Position numbers and translations under genes: made by a program. Below are positions 1 to 13,685 of a stretch of 64,000 nucleotides of DNA, piece by piece (the first letter of the stretch is position 1; each line of letters starts with the position of its first letter). Below the pieces are notes generated by a model that saw only the letters and a list, made by a program, of their open reading frames with translations, searched no databases and was not told the DNA's origin. Source of the stretch: Eledone cirrhosa (lineage: Eukaryota); assembly GCA_964016885.1 (NCBI GenBank), contig OZ024741.1, positions 350,424,001 to 350,488,000 of the forward strand, in the 5' to 3' direction.

Positions 1-145
1 CAATTTACAGTGTGGGCTGGGTGCTTTTTGTCGTGACACCAACACGACCACTTATAGAGTGGGCTGGATGTTTTGTGAAAAATTAATAAGTGGGGGACGA
101 TTATTCAAGATTCAAGTTTATTCAAGTTTTCATCCTCATGATGGG

Positions 146-186
<41 letters not shown>

Positions 187-187
<1 letters not shown>

Positions 188-1460
188 ATTAGCTCAGTTT
201 CCTCTCTACTTTCCCAATCTTTTGCAACAAGAAGCTTAGAAGAGAAGAAGAATATTATCATTCTTGGAAGAGAGAAACTGAAGCTTGAACTGAAAATGAA
301 ACCCAAAGTGGGCAGCAAGGAATGTTATCTTTATTTTCATTCCAACGGCAGTGGTTTGGCAGTATTGGCAGAGCGTCAGACACCATGCTTTGCAGCATAG
401 AGTTATGGCCCTTTGTGTTATGAGTTCAAATCCGCCAAGGTTAACTTTGCCTTTCATCCTTACAGGGTCAATGAAATAAAGTACCAGTGATGCACTGGGG
501 TAATCGATGGCCTTGTGCCAAAAGTAAAAACACAGGGCGGTGGATTAGCAGTATCGGTAGAGGGTTGGACGCTATGCTTTGCAGCATAGAGTTACTCCCC
601 TTTACGGTCCGAGTTCAAATCCAGCCATGGTTAACTTGCCTTTCATCCATACGGAGTCGATAAAATAAAGTACCAGTAATGCACTGGGATAATTACTGGT
701 CTTGTGCCAAAAGTAGAAACAATTATTTTCTGTCCAAGTATTATGAACAGTATGAGCGGATGACGGAATGTTCCATTCTGAAAAAATTATTCTTTCCCAT
801 ATCTGTTATTTTAACAACATAAGAACAACTAACAGCTATTGCAATTGGAACAATTTGATTACAGCTTTGACAAAACAAAAAATCTTAGAACCATCTGAAT
901 TCTGTAATTGTTCTGAAAAACTTTGGCCAACAATGAATTGATTCAGCGATCGATCACTGGAAAGCAGCTTCAATTCAGTTGCATAATAGATCAATCGAGA
1001 AAAATTGTGGTATATTCGAAACAGGTTAATTCATTGTATTGAAATTTTAGCCTGTCAAGAATTATCATTTCAAGGACGCAATGAAACAGAAGGATCAAAT
1101 AAGGTAATTTTCTGGCTATATGTGAAGCAGAAGCAGCATACAATGATTGTTTAAGATCACATTTAGATTTTGTGAAGAAAGTGCTAACTGAACATTTTCT
1201 GAACTTTCAAGTGATATTCAAAAGGAGATCATTAATTGGATAGCTGTTTCAATTGAATGTGAAATTAAGGCAATGATAAAAAAAAAAAAAAAAAACATAA
1301 TTTGTTGCCGTTATATTTGATAAAACTATGGATCTTCAAATGGAAGCTCAATGGTCAAACAATTTGTGATTTGTTGATGAGAAGAAAAAGCCTAATGAAA
1401 GGTTTTCAGGATATGTTGATGTCCATAAAGATAGAAGAGCTGCATCGCTGACAGAAGTGT
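187..1460 (+). pseudogene. Degraded hAT-family (ZMYM1-like/DUF4371) transposase, interrupted by SINEs
   Basis: Hand translation gives QELSFQGRNETEGSN/KGNFL (~1056-1115), TFSELSSDIQKEIINWIA (~1193), FVAVIFDKTMDLQMEAQWS (~1301) and NERFSGYVDV. These resemble the LAFRGHDE..GNF, IQNEII, DETTD and ERF motifs of hAT transposases; stops and frameshifts are present. Confidence 0.75.
346..722 (+). mobile_element. Head-to-tail dimer of tRNA-derived SINE (Meta-domain-like body)
   Basis: Two ~185-bp copies with B-box GAGTTCAAATCC, GCCTTTCATCC...GTCGATAAAATAAAGTACCAG and a TTGTGCCAAAAGTAGAAAC tail. TSD-like flanks TTATTTTCATTCCAA (331-345) and TTATTTTCTGTCCAA (723-737). Confidence 0.85.
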
Positions 1461-1603
1461 GCACAAGTGCATACGCGTGTGCACAGAGAGAGAGGATTGC
1501 CTGTAAGATTCCTTCCTACTTTTGGAAAATTAAAATTTTAAGTAATAAGTAGCCCAGATTTTATAAAAAATTAGTATATATAGTGTGTGTGTGTGTGAGT
1601 GTG

Positions 1604-1644
<41 letters not shown>

Positions 1645-1893
1645 ACGCGCACACACACAGTTCTCACAATGTAGCTGAGTCTGCTACTTTGTTGAAAAGC
1701 CTGCTTGCTCAATTAGGGTTGACCATAGACAATACAACAACAAAACTAAAAGTTTTAAGCTTTAAAGGGCAACAAAATCAAATTTACATTACATGGAAAC
1801 ACTCAAGCACAAATATAGCACACATTTTAGATAAAAACTCTACAAATGTTACACTAATGGATGCTTGAATATGTACATGTATTAAGGCAGTAA

Positions 1894-1934
<41 letters not shown>

Positions 1935-1964
1935 AAAAGGGGTAAGGTTCTATACAAAACAGAG

Positions 1965-2180
1965 GTTATAGAAAAAAAAAGGTAAGAATTGAAGCAGCAT
2001 GGAAATATATTTTAAGAATCTTTTCCTTCTTTAATCTGGCAAAGTGATTATTGAAAACTTTTTTTTTTTTTTTAAAGGTTTATAAAAACTTTTTTTTTTA
2101 AAATGTTTTTTAAGGGAAAAGAAGATTCTTTAAATATACTTCCATGCTGCTTCCATTCTTACTTTTTATATATCTATATA
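1965..2180. mobile_element. Palindromic MITE-like element
   Basis: GTAAGAATTGAAGCAGCATGGAAATATATTTTAAGAATCTT is inverted to AAGATTCTTTAAATATACTTCCATGCTGCTTCCATTCTTAC. Confidence 0.6.
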
Positions 2181-3129
2181 TGATCAGCTCCAGTGAAACT
2201 GGAGGGATTGATAGTTGTTGAAAATATGTTAAGATCAATGATAATTGATGTATGACCATGCCCTCTCAGATTACTGGAAAAAATCTTTGACCAATAGAGA
2301 GGTTGTTATGTCTTTGGCGTAGCTGAAATCTTCACATCTCTTTGGAAAGTTTTCTTTATTTGGCAAGTTCTCTATAGCTGGATGCCCTTCCTATCAATAA
2401 CCACTTTACAGAGTTCAGTGTGTGTGTTTAGCAAGTAAATCACCAATACTAGAGAGGCTGTCATATCTTTGACACAACAGAAGACTCCTCAACACTTTTA
2501 GGCATGTAAAAAAAAAAAAGTATCACCATAAAAATAGCTCAAAAATAGAGTAATTAATACTTAAGTAGAGACACGACTTAACAGATGGTAATAAAAGTAT
2601 GGTGGGGCACATGATAACTATCAAAGTCTTAGTGCAGTTTAAAATATTTATTAAATATAAATCAGTTCTTTTAGCACCATATCAGCCCTGATTGAGCCAT
2701 AGCCAATGATCGAAAAAATTCCAGCTATAACTAGGCCTTTATATTTTTTTTTTTCAAAGCTAGTCTAGTGTATATATGGCTATATATACACTATACAGAT
2801 GGAAATTTGTGGTATGAGATTCAGCTGTGATTACAGTAGGTTGAATGACAAATACTTAGGAGTTACTTCCCCAATCGCCGTTTTGTTCATCTGTTTTTAT
2901 TTTATTTCCCAAACGTTTTTTTTCTGGTTTGATCTTATTCCTTGTACATAAAGACAGACTGGATTTAAAATAAGAGCTTTTATTTTTTAAACAGTTTGTG
3001 ATAACATTCCTATCTATCCATGCCCCTCTCTCTCTCTCTCTCTGTGTCTGTGTGTGTGCGTGTACACGTGTGCGCAAGCATGCATGTTGCAAATACCAAA
3101 TCACCGGTGCATTTTTGAATATTTCCAAC

Positions 3130-3360
3130 TGACATAAAATCAGTAAAACCTCCTTGTTTTATGATACAAAACTGCCTTTTCTTATAAACACCTTTAAACT
3201 ATAAGGAAAAAAAAGTCTTACATAATGTTAATACTCCAAACATCAACTTAATGAAAAAGTTATTTTACTAAATTCCTCCAAATACCTGATTATTTTCAAA
3301 ATTGATAGAAACATAGGTAGTGTATTTATTTCATTAGAAATATGTTTACGAAAGGGTTAA
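3130..3360. mobile_element. TTAA-ended (piggyBac-like) MITE; related copies at ~16575-16775 and ~23420-23665
   Basis: Ends in AAAGGGTTAA. The other copies start TTAACTCTTT or TTAACCCTTT and share the internal TGATTATTTTCAAAA and ATGATACAAA blocks. Confidence 0.5.
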
Positions 3361-4368
3361 CAAATATAACATTACAGTAGCACCCAGTTAAAATACCATG
3401 TAGGAGTGTGAGAGGGTACATGTTATTCCTATGTTTAACTAACTATACCATTAGAAGTATAGCACCTAACTAATGACATAGCTACAGAATTATAAATATA
3501 TACAAACATACCAGAAGCTTGACGAAACTTCCTTGCATATACACACTGAAAGCACTTCAGTGTTTACATCATGGAAGAATCATTTTAGCCATTTCAAAGA
3601 ACAAAAACTGTTTGAATTCACTTGATGTTTATCATTTATTTTGTGATGTCAACATTTTTGCTGCACTTTTTATACACTTATACATGATAGGCTTCCAGCT
3701 TCCAAATTTTGTCTACCAAATTTCCCTCACAAGGCACTTGTCAAGCCATGGCTATACTAGTAGGTTTTTCTCCAGGGTGTCATGCAATGGGACTGAATCT
3801 AAAACTATGTGGTTGCAAAACAAACTCCTTGACCAAACAGCCATGCAGACATTTTTCTTTAATGACTGACATATATAGCACAATCCCAGTCAACAGGGAC
3901 ATACAATGTGGTGGCAGTGGTATGGATTCCACTGCTACATGAGCCTGTGTCATCATTTTTTTTTAGTATATCATATAAGATACTTTTGAGGCGCTTAACT
4001 CTTTCAGCTATGGCTCTGATGACGATCTTTCTGACATAACTAAATAATTGCCTCCCAGATAGAGGCAGGTGTTGCAAGTCCCCAAGGCATGCTATGTGAG
4101 TGCACGCACAACACATGTGATGGATCAGCTGACCATTCAGATGCTTTGGTATGCCTCACAGCAGCCAAACACACACATAGTAACAAGTAACAAAGTTTTT
4201 GAACAATATCTGAATCATTTTGACCACTTCATTTTTTGAATAAAAATACTCTTTTGCTTGTAACTTGCTTTTCAAAGATCCTAAACAAGTATAATGTTAG
4301 CCATACTTAGTTTATATCTATAATTTAACCTGTATCAATTTTGAGCTCTTAGCATTTCTTAGTTTTTA

Positions 4369-4465
<97 letters not shown>

Positions 4466-4518
4466 ATTATCATCATCATCATTGTTTTAATGTCAGCTTT
4501 CATTGCCAGCAAGGATTT

Positions 4519-4567
<49 letters not shown>

Positions 4568-4944
4568 TATATATATGAGATAGAGTATATATTTTCATTC
4601 AACACTTAACACTATATTTAGCTGAAATAGTTCATGGAAATTGAGTTGTCAACACTTCAAATAATTAGATGATTACTTCTAAGCATGTATAGACACACAA
4701 ACTCTTGACAGAGGCATATAGTACATACTATAAATAAATAGACACAGATTGTGTGTGTGTGTGTGTGTGTGTGGAATACTATAGAAAAAAAAAGAAAGGA
4801 CACATTCAATATTGCAATCTTAGATATAGTCTGAAAATAATGAGATTGTCATGGATGGAATGACTGATCATAGGTTGGTTCAATCAATGCAAATCTCTAA
4901 TTCAACATCTTGCCATCTTAAAAAAAATAAAGAACATTTATATT

Positions 4945-5365
4945 AGGAGCTTGGTCTCTGGTAGTGTAACGCCTTTAATAATGGTTTCTGGAACTAGCTG
5001 TTGAAACACCAAGAGCTCAGTCGTCAGGTCCTGACTGTTTATAATATAACCATACTCTACTACCCCAAGTATTCAGTACTCAGGTGAGTAATAGTCTAAC
5101 CAGTTTCAAACTGAATCCATCCTGATTTTTATATCTATATATATCGTCTTAACCCATGCTAGCATGGAAGATAGACATTAAATGATGATGATGATATATA
5201 TGAAGAGATTCAGGACCCTGACGGCCAAGCTCCAGCCACTAGATCTGAACTGTTCGTATCTAGCTGTTGAAGCAGCCGGAGCTCAGCCGTTGAAGTCTTG
5301 AATCTTTTCATATTACCCCATTACTCCAAGTATTGAGTACTCTGGTGGGTTATAGTCCACCTGGT
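4945..5365. repeat. Two diverged copies of a hairpin-forming repeat
   Basis: CTAGCTGTTGAA..GAGCTCAG..CCAAGTATT.AGTACTC occurs at ~4993-5100 and ~5260-5360. 5202-5309 folds as GAAGAGATTCAGGAC/GTCTTGAATCTTTTC with inner stems. Confidence 0.55.
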
Positions 5366-5412
5366 ATCTTACCACACTCTCTCTGATATATATATATATA
5401 TATAATAATAAT

Positions 5413-5601
5413 AATTGTTTCTACTTTTGGCACAAGGCCAGCAATTACCCAGTACATTACTGCTGCTTTATTTTATCGACCCCGTAAGGATGAAAGGCAA
5501 AGTTGACCTCGGCGGGATTTGAACTCTGAATGGAAAGGGCCGAAACTATGCGTCAAAGCATGACGTCCGACCCTCTACCGATACTGCCAATCCACCGCCC
5601 T
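5413..5601 (-). mobile_element. tRNA-derived SINE (same family as 346-722)
   Basis: Reverse complement of the 535-722 copy. Confidence 0.85.
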
Positions 5602-7017
5602 TATATATATAATAATAATAATAATAATAGTGTGTAAAATCAAAGTTGCAGCTGTGATTAGCATTGTTCGAAATCACTCTTCAGACGCTGGCACGATGCA
5701 CTCAATGAAATATCGATAAATCAATAAATTATAGCTCAGAGTGATAACAATACGTTAGGAGTGTGACACAGTGAAAATTGTGGCTGGGGACATGTTGTCA
5801 ACAAAAACCACTACAACAACTAAAATACAAACATAGGTGCCATGGTAAAAAGCACCTAGTACTCATTGTAAATGAGGTTGGTGTTAGGAAGCTGTAAAAA
5901 TCAAGCCCAAATCAGTTCTGTATGAGCAAGACATGCACCTGACCTGGCATTGCCCACAACAGGACAACTCGTCTAACCCATGCAAACGTGGAAGAATGGA
6001 TGTAATATGGTGATGATGATACTGGGCATCCCCAGTTTCTATCTACTATAAAAAAAACTACCTTCACAGAGCACTGAATTGAACACAGAGCCACATGGTT
6101 GTGGACCAAACTAACTAGAAGGCTATGCTTATACCAATCTACATAGATGCATGTGTACATATATGCACACAAGCTTGTATGTGTATACACACACTATGTA
6201 TGTACACATATTCCTGTTCACATAGGGAGGGTGTCACAGGAAGAGGGAAAGCATATTGTTTATAGTTGGTAGGGGAGGGGGTAAAACAGAATATAGGTTA
6301 ATGGGGAAAGAGAAAATAAGAGTGAATGCCAACCAAGGGTGGGAGATGAAAGAAAAAAAAGTAGCTTGAATAGTAGGGAGAGGATGGATGAAAGCAAGGA
6401 AATTTAGGGAACTATCAGAATATTAAGGGGAAATATTGAACAGGATGTTTGCATAAGGAGTGGTGAAGTATGATGTGGTGTGGGAGGAAGGTAATGAGAA
6501 GGAAGGAGTAGATTAGAAGGGATTGAAATAGGAGAGAGGAAGAAATTAAAGAGTGGTAAAAATTAGGGGAGGAAGGATAACAGAAAAAGGACAGGGAAGG
6601 CTGTGCTGCCCTATTCACTTCCACCCATATTCAACCAACAAGGGATATTTACATATTTACTAATAGTCATCCCCTGATATATAGAATCATCTCTTGAGAG
6701 CTTTTTTTGTGGCACCACTACTAACTGGTTGATTTTCGTCATGGCACCAGAATGTCCACTTTACTGGGTGCTATGTATATATATATATATATGTATTTGT
6801 ATATGTGTATGTATGTATATGTATGTATATTTGTATGTATGCACGTATGTATGTATTCATGAGTGAATTATAATAATATGTTATTAATATTTGGTTTTGA
6901 TTTACTTACAAGTTAATAGCCTCATAAAACACCACATGGTAGAGATGACGACATCATCCTTTTATTATTATTCACTCACGAATACACTTAGGTATCCACC
7001 AAGAGCGAAATTTTGTT

Positions 7018-7067
<50 letters not shown>

Positions 7068-7395
7068 ATCATCATCATACGTCCGCTTTTCCCTGCTTGC
7101 AAGGGTGGGACGGGAACTGATTCTGGCTTGATTTCTACAGCTGGATGCCCTTCCTAACACCAACCTCATTTACAGTGAGTGCTGGGTGGTTTTTTGCCGT
7201 GGCACCTCCACGACCACTTTGCAGTGGAATGATATGGACCCCAACCCCTATCATCTCATTTCTACAGCTAAGTAAACTGGAGCAATGTGAAATAAAGTGT
7301 CTTGCTCAAGGAAACAACACATCACTCGGTTTGAGAATTGAACTCACAACCTTTCGATTGCAAGACCAATGTTCTAACCACTAAGCCATGTGCCT

Positions 7396-7398
<3 letters not shown>
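7068..7398 (-). mobile_element. tRNA-head CORE-type SINE with RTE-derived 3' tail
   Basis: A box TGGCTTAGTGG, B box GAGTTCAATTC, CORE-like CCTTGAGCAAGACACTT, then GGTGTTAGGAAGGGCATCCAGCTGTAGAAA shared with the RTE 3' UTR at 62021-62320, and a (TGA)n tail. Confidence 0.85.
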
Positions 7399-7429
<31 letters not shown>

Positions 7430-7589
7430 TCGTTTAACGTCCATTTTCCACACTAGCATGGGTTAGATGGGAGTTGTCCCACTTGAGGCAAGGTTGGTCG
7501 GGTGACCATGTCTCGCTCATATAGGACTATCTGGCAGGTTTTCTACGGCTAGATGCCCTTCCTAACACCAACCACATTTACAGTGTGGA

Positions 7590-7655
<66 letters not shown>

Positions 7656-8381
7656 ATTTTCAAAATGTTGACTAATCAGGGTTGCATATGCAACACACCA
7701 ACCAGTGAACGATAATGCAATTAGATCTAAGCACTCATCATGTGTATTCTTCCAAAGACTATTTGTTAGTCCATGATGGAATATGTGTACAATGATGAAC
7801 AATAATATGGTGTCTGATGACAGCACATTGTTGGTTGCATGATTGAGGCATCACGTATCCATGAACGCCATTGAAATATGTATCACGACTGATTATGAAT
7901 AAAGAAATTATGTCATTCCAGTTATGTTGGACATTTGTATACTTGGGGATGAAAAGACCTTTTCGCTGGTCCAGTCAGACAGAACTTGCTCCAGCTCTTG
8001 AGCCACATCAGATTCTGCTGTCTTGCTGAGGACCTCCCTAATGAGGGTCCAACTGGAGGAGATTAGGTAGGCCGGTAGTGCCTGTCGCCAACCAGTGTTG
8101 TCAAACTAACATTGATCTCAAGTTTGAGGAGCTTTATAGTTGCGATGATTAGCCGAAGGTACTCAATTACTGATTCAGCTGAGCCACTAATCTCTGCAAA
8201 TAATTATTAATGTTTGCATTTACATTTCGTTAAATCAAAAAGGACATACGAATTAATAACATTATTTGAATTATAATCTTTGGTTTTTACCTAAATTAAA
8301 TTATAGTGAGAGTGAGAGAGAGAGAGATGAATAAATAGGTAGAGGGAGGAGGGAGAGATGTGACAGTGTATTTATTATAAC

Positions 8382-8717
8382 TTTCTACTTTTGGCACAAG
8401 GCCAGCAATTATCCCAGTGCATTACTCATACACTGTTCATTTTCCTGACATTTGTACATTATTCTATGTACTATACATGCACCTTTGATGAGTTATAGTG
8501 CACCTGAGCACTGTACACAATAATTTCATTATTATTATTATTATTATTGGTACTTTATTTTATCGACCCCGTAAGGATGAAAGGCAAAGTTAACCTCGGC
8601 AGGATTTGAACTCAGACCATAAAGGGCCGTAACTCTTTGCTGCAAAGCATGGCGTCCGACCCTCTACTGATACTGCCAATCCACCGCCCTGTACTGATAC
8701 TGCCAATCCACCACCCT
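8382..8717 (-). mobile_element. SINE (346-722 family) split by a ~120-bp LINE-like 3' tail ending (ATT)n
   Basis: The SINE resumes after the insert at ~8427-8548; the 5' end is partly duplicated. Confidence 0.7.
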
Positions 8718-9567
8718 AGGTGGTCACAAAAAGCACAGAAGTAGCCTCTGTTTAGTGTTTTTCCAGCTAGAACTAGTAACTAAATTCTCTCAAATCACAC
8801 ACCAGACTAGCTTAAAATAGATGGACATATTAGCCAATGTAAGATACACAAAAAGGTAGTTGGTCATGACTGAAATGCCTCTAACTTTTAGCATTCTGTA
8901 GCGATTTAGAAGAAAGTATCTAAAAGTAGATTTGTTCATTCAAACGTTTATAGTATCTTTACTAGAGGACAAATTGTGAAAATATGTATACTATTGTAAA
9001 AATCATTAATTTTTCACCTGATGAAGACAGTGTTGTATTGTACTTTTCAAGAATGCTTTGCTAATGTGGTTTCATGTGGTAGAGGATGATAAGAGTTAAT
9101 CATCAAATGTCTGATAAGGGGCTAAACAAAAAAAGGACATTAATAACAAAAATAATGCAAAACATTGCCCCCCCCCCTCCCAACTAACTGATCCCTAGTT
9201 TTGTGTAGGGTATAGAACATAGTCATTGTCATCATCGTGTGTGTGTGTGTGTGTGTGTGTGCGTGTGCGCGTGCGCGTGCGTGCGTGTGTGTGTGTGTAC
9301 ATATAAGTTACAGAAAGATAACAGCAAATAAATTCAAAGGCATCACCACCACTAATCACTTCTATCATTTTCCCTACTCCCTTCACCACCATCATCATCT
9401 TCACAACCATAATCACCACCACCATCACCACCCTCATGACCACCATCACCATCCTCACAACCATCATCACTACTATCAACACCTCAACCCACTATATCAC
9501 TAAAGTTTAAAGCTGACCTGGAGCAAAACAACAGGCATGAACCATCCTATTCTGTAATGAATTAACA

Positions 9568-10187
9568 CAAGGGTCTTAAACTCAAAGACTTAAAAGGATC
9601 ATTAAGACCTGGGGAAAAGGCAGAGCAGACCAAAAGTGAGACAAAGGTGGGAGTGATTTTCAGTGATTATAATGTTAATCTGCAATACAGCTGATAGACT
9701 GCTATTTATTATTTTTTCATCAAAATAAATACATATATGATAGTAAGTGGGATATGGGCATTACTACAAAATGTAGGGGGCACAAATTTCCCCCCACTCA
9801 CACACTCCATTTCAAATTTTCTTTAATTCTGTTTTTACTTTTGGTAAATTCCCTTTTTACCATTCCATTTTTTTTCGGTAAGACGTTCGGGAAAGTGAAA
9901 GTAAATTTATTTTCATTTTCGAACGTCATGTTTACATTTTGTGTGTGTATTTAGATCTAAATGAGTGTTTTAATGAGTGTCTATGATCCATGACAGAACA
10001 ATTTTCGTGACTATTTCCCTTTTTTTCTCCCATTTTATTGTATTTCATGGGTGAAATGCAAAAAAAATTGTAGTATGAATAAATATTAAAAAGGACAAAT
10101 TACCAAGTTTTAGGGAAATAGTCACGAAAATTGTTCTGTCATGGATCATAGAAAGGTAGTTTTCAAGCACTGTGTTTGAAACCCCTG
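9568..10187. mobile_element. Probable hAT-type MITE with nested insertion
   Basis: TIR-like CAAGGGTCTTAAAC / GTTTGAAACCCCTG; 8-bp flanks AATTAACA and ATTTAGCA. Confidence 0.45.
9980..10152. mobile_element. Young MITE with perfect ~41-bp terminal inverted repeats
   Basis: TCTATGATCCATGACAGAACAATTTTCGTGACTATTTCCCT and its exact reverse complement at ~10112-10152. Confidence 0.75.
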
Positions 10188-11019
10188 ATTTAGCAGAAAA
10201 TATCTAAACACAGGTCTGTTAATTCAAATGTCTATAGTATCTTTACTATTGTACTATTGGACAGATCTTTGTGTAAATTTACAATACTAGAATAAAGGCT
10301 TCAAATTTTAGTATGTGTGATGTAATGCCATTGCTATGACAAAAAGCAATAAGTCTACCCTGTATGCTGATCGGATGCCACAATAAATGCACCGAGCCCA
10401 TCCTGTAAGGTGGCCATGTTGGTGACACAAGAAAAAGCACCCAGTCTACTGTAATGTGGTTGGCATTAGGAAGGACATCAGGCTGTAGAAACCAAGCCAA
10501 AATACAGATCTGTATGAGAATGACATGGTCTCCGGACCTAAATTGTCTATGCGCCAACCTGTCTAATTCATGCAAGTGTGGAAAAAGAGACATTAAATAA
10601 TTATGATATATATATATATAATCATCATATATATATTGATCAACATAAAAAACAGACTGGGCCTTGCTATGCAATAACCATCATCAACATCATTAGTACA
10701 ATACACACTGTTATATATTGTCATATATAGAAGTCTGTAAATCTGGATTAATAGATATAGATTTAGATTAGTGTTGAGTCAGCTATTAGTTAACTTACAC
10801 ACATATACACACAAATAGACAATACTAACCAGAGAAATATATTAAGAACAGATAATGGAATATAGAAAAGTATCAAGAATTTTTATTGGACGAAGAGAAA
10901 ATAGAACACACACACACAACTACAAAGCAATAGACACCATCAAATCACACGGCCAATAATAGCGACATCCTAATCCCACATATCCAAATTCAATGAAATC
11001 ACACACACACAATATCAGT

Positions 11020-11420
11020 CACCAGACACACAACCATATATTACATATATTACCAAACACACACAAACAGCCATGTATTGTCACACACTTATAGCCTTAT
11101 ACTTCCAAACACACAGATACAGACATATATTACCAAACACACACACATACATACTCAGCCATATATTACTAAACACACATATACAGCCATATATTACTAA
11201 ACACACATATACAGCCATATATTATCAAACACACATACAGCCATATATTACCAAACACACACATACAGCCATATATTAGCAAACACACACACATACATGT
11301 ATTAATGTATTACCAAATACACACACACAGCCATGTATTACCACACACACACACACACAGCCATATATTATTACCAAACAGACACACACACAGCTATATA
11401 TAATCAAACACACACAAACC
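11020..11420 (+). repeat. Minisatellite, ~27-30-bp unit ACACACATACAGCCATATATTACCAA
   Basis: About 12 degenerate tandem units are visible. Confidence 0.8.
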
Positions 11421-12122
11421 TAGTCTTATACTGGTCACTTGACTTGCTACAAATTCCCCTCAAATTACAACCATCTCTAAGAAAACCAGAACACAATGGA
11501 CAATGTAATCCTAGATGTACAAAAAATAAAAGGTGGTTACAAACACAGCCATATTCTATCATATGTACACATACACACATGCATACAGACACACACAGAC
11601 AGACAGACAGACAGACAGATGGACAGACGGGGACACACAGAACGATGGACTGAAGGACACACACACAATTTCAAACAGCAACATACTACCAACCAGCTGT
11701 GAACACTTACTTCCTCAGCAGAACCTCAATGACACCATGATAATAGTAGAAACCTAACAAGTCCTTGAGGAAGCCCAGCCTTTAATGACAACAGAACATA
11801 GTATTGTGGAGTGAAATATGTCACGAAATTTGGGTGCAAAGTAAAGACTAGATGTGGGTAGTGGGAGGGCTGGGTTACCTTAGACTTCAGTTATATTTAG
11901 TAAGTTGAGCCAGAATGTGGGTGTAGAGAGTAATGTAAACAGTTAGCTCACCGAGTAAATCATAATAACAGGCTTGTGTGTGTGAGAGAGAGAGAGAGCG
12001 CATGTGCATGTGTATGCGTATTTGTGCACACGCATGTGTGTGTGTGTATGTTTGTGCACATGCATGTGGAAGGAAACTTTCTAAATCCTCTGGTGAATTG
12101 TGACCGAAGGAGGTCTTTACCC

Positions 12123-12169
<47 letters not shown>

Positions 12170-12223
12170 TCATATATATATATACATATACATACCTATA
12201 CATGATGTATAAATATATACACA

Positions 12224-12313
12224 CAGGGTGTCCCAAAAAATGTATACACCATTCTAATAAATATTGCCTATACAGGTAATCAAAGTGTGTATACATTTTT
12301 GGGGGACACCCTG
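12224..12313. mobile_element. 90-bp Tc1/mariner-type MITE
   Basis: TIRs CAGGGTGTCCCAAAAAATGTATACAC / GTGTATACATTTTTGGGGGACACCCTG in a TA-rich site. Confidence 0.8.
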
Positions 12314-12429
12314 TGTGTATATACACACACACATGTCTGCTCAATACTGAGCTTGACCACACCAGTGTACATGACGCTCAGTTCTGTCATGTGATCTTAC
12401 GCAGCTTTTTAGACTAGACATACTTTTTA

Positions 12430-13260
12430 AAAATCTGTCCACATAAATCGCATATTAGTTTTGCCTGTGTATCTTGAACCTTGAAATGTCTTTTTAGACA
12501 TCCTTGAGATTTGCTGATCTGATGTGGCATTGATAAGAGTCAACTGGTTTGTATTTTCTATAGTCAGTAGGGATGCTCTTATGTGAGATTGAAATCCAGC
12601 CTCTGACAGGGAAATTCTGCCACAAACTGTACATGTAGAGAAAGTACCATTAATTTTTATGTTCCCTTAGTGTCTGTTCTTTTTTTCTTATATTCCTCTT
12701 AATATTTACTTGCATTAACTTGTTTTGCTCAAAGATTTTCTCACCATTCCATACTTTTACACACCAGGTAGAGAAATCTACTACAAAACATTCCAGGTTT
12801 CTGGGATCAATTCCTACATTCTTCAAGTTCTCCTTCAATGCATCCTTGAACTTCTTTGGTTTACTTTTTTGTTCCCCCTGGGCAAATTCCCCATAAAACA
12901 GTTGCTTAGAGATATGCTCATTAGTCATGCAAACAATATGTTCAGACCACCGCAGTAGGTTTTTCAAAAATATTGCCTGGATGGAACAAATACCAGATGC
13001 AACATCAGAGTCAGGAATGAATGAATTCCATTTTATTTTCAGAATACGTCGTAAGCATTTTTGATGGAATCATTCCAGGAGTCTAAAGTGATATTTGTAA
13101 CACATCCAAGTTTCAGAAGAGTGCAGAAGAGAGGATAACTCAAAAGAACTATAAACAGATATTTTTGTTTCATTTTTGATCTGTCTTTGTGACCAGACCC
13201 AACACTAAAATAACAAAAGATTTTTCTGCCTTTTGAATCCTTAGAAATATTTCTAAATCT
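12430..13260 (-). mobile_element. RTE-BovB-like LINE 3' fragment, degraded
   Basis: ORF 12650-12967 reads LRWSEHIVCMTNEHISKQLFYGE...KFKDALKENLK, matching the RTE C-terminal LRWxGHVxRM...KQLFYGEL region. Confidence 0.8.
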
Positions 13261-13339
13261 AATGTGCCATTTTTATTCACTGCACTCCCTTGGTCTATGC
13301 ATGCATGCATACATACATACAAATAAATATAAAGTAAAA

Positions 13340-13685
13340 AGTAAAAGTAAAAACCCCCTGCAGCCACAAATGACTATGGAATTTACATCTAGAAAGTTCC
13401 CCTCTGAGACAAGTCTGGGCAAGGTTGTTTGTGGAAGCCCAGCAGATGTCCATGCTTACTGGTCTTCCCTCTCCATGCCAACGATGTTGTCCAAGGGAAA
13501 GGCAATCGCCAATTCAGCTTGGCACTCGTGATGTCGCAACTCATTTCTACAGCTGAGTATACTGGAGCAACAGGAAAAATAAAGTATCTTGTTCAAGGAC
13601 ACAACATCACCTGGTCCAGGAAATGAACTCACAATCACATGATTGCAGGACCAATGCTCTGACCACTAAGCCATATACCTTCACA
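13340..13685 (-). mobile_element. tRNA-head CORE-type SINE with a different 3' body
   Basis: GGCTTAGTGG head and CCTTGAACAAGATACTT core. The 3' body AAACAACCTTGCCCAGACTTG...AACTTTCTAG is partly repeated at ~12065-12115. Confidence 0.7.

Noticed and set aside
3890-4095. Possible Dong/R4-type LINE C-terminus (YVRKIVIRAIAERVKRL)
   Set aside because: The similarity is too weak to support a call by eye.
5640-5695. Hammerhead on the minus strand (CTGAAGA-GTGATT..AATCAC-AGCTG)
   Set aside because: The GAAA core is missing, so at best a dead remnant.
7330-7398. tRNA gene
   Set aside because: A and B boxes are present but run into the SINE body; there is no proper acceptor stem or terminator.
9195-9503. 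His-rich or Met/Val-rich ORFs
   Set aside because: (CAC/CAT)n low-complexity repeat.
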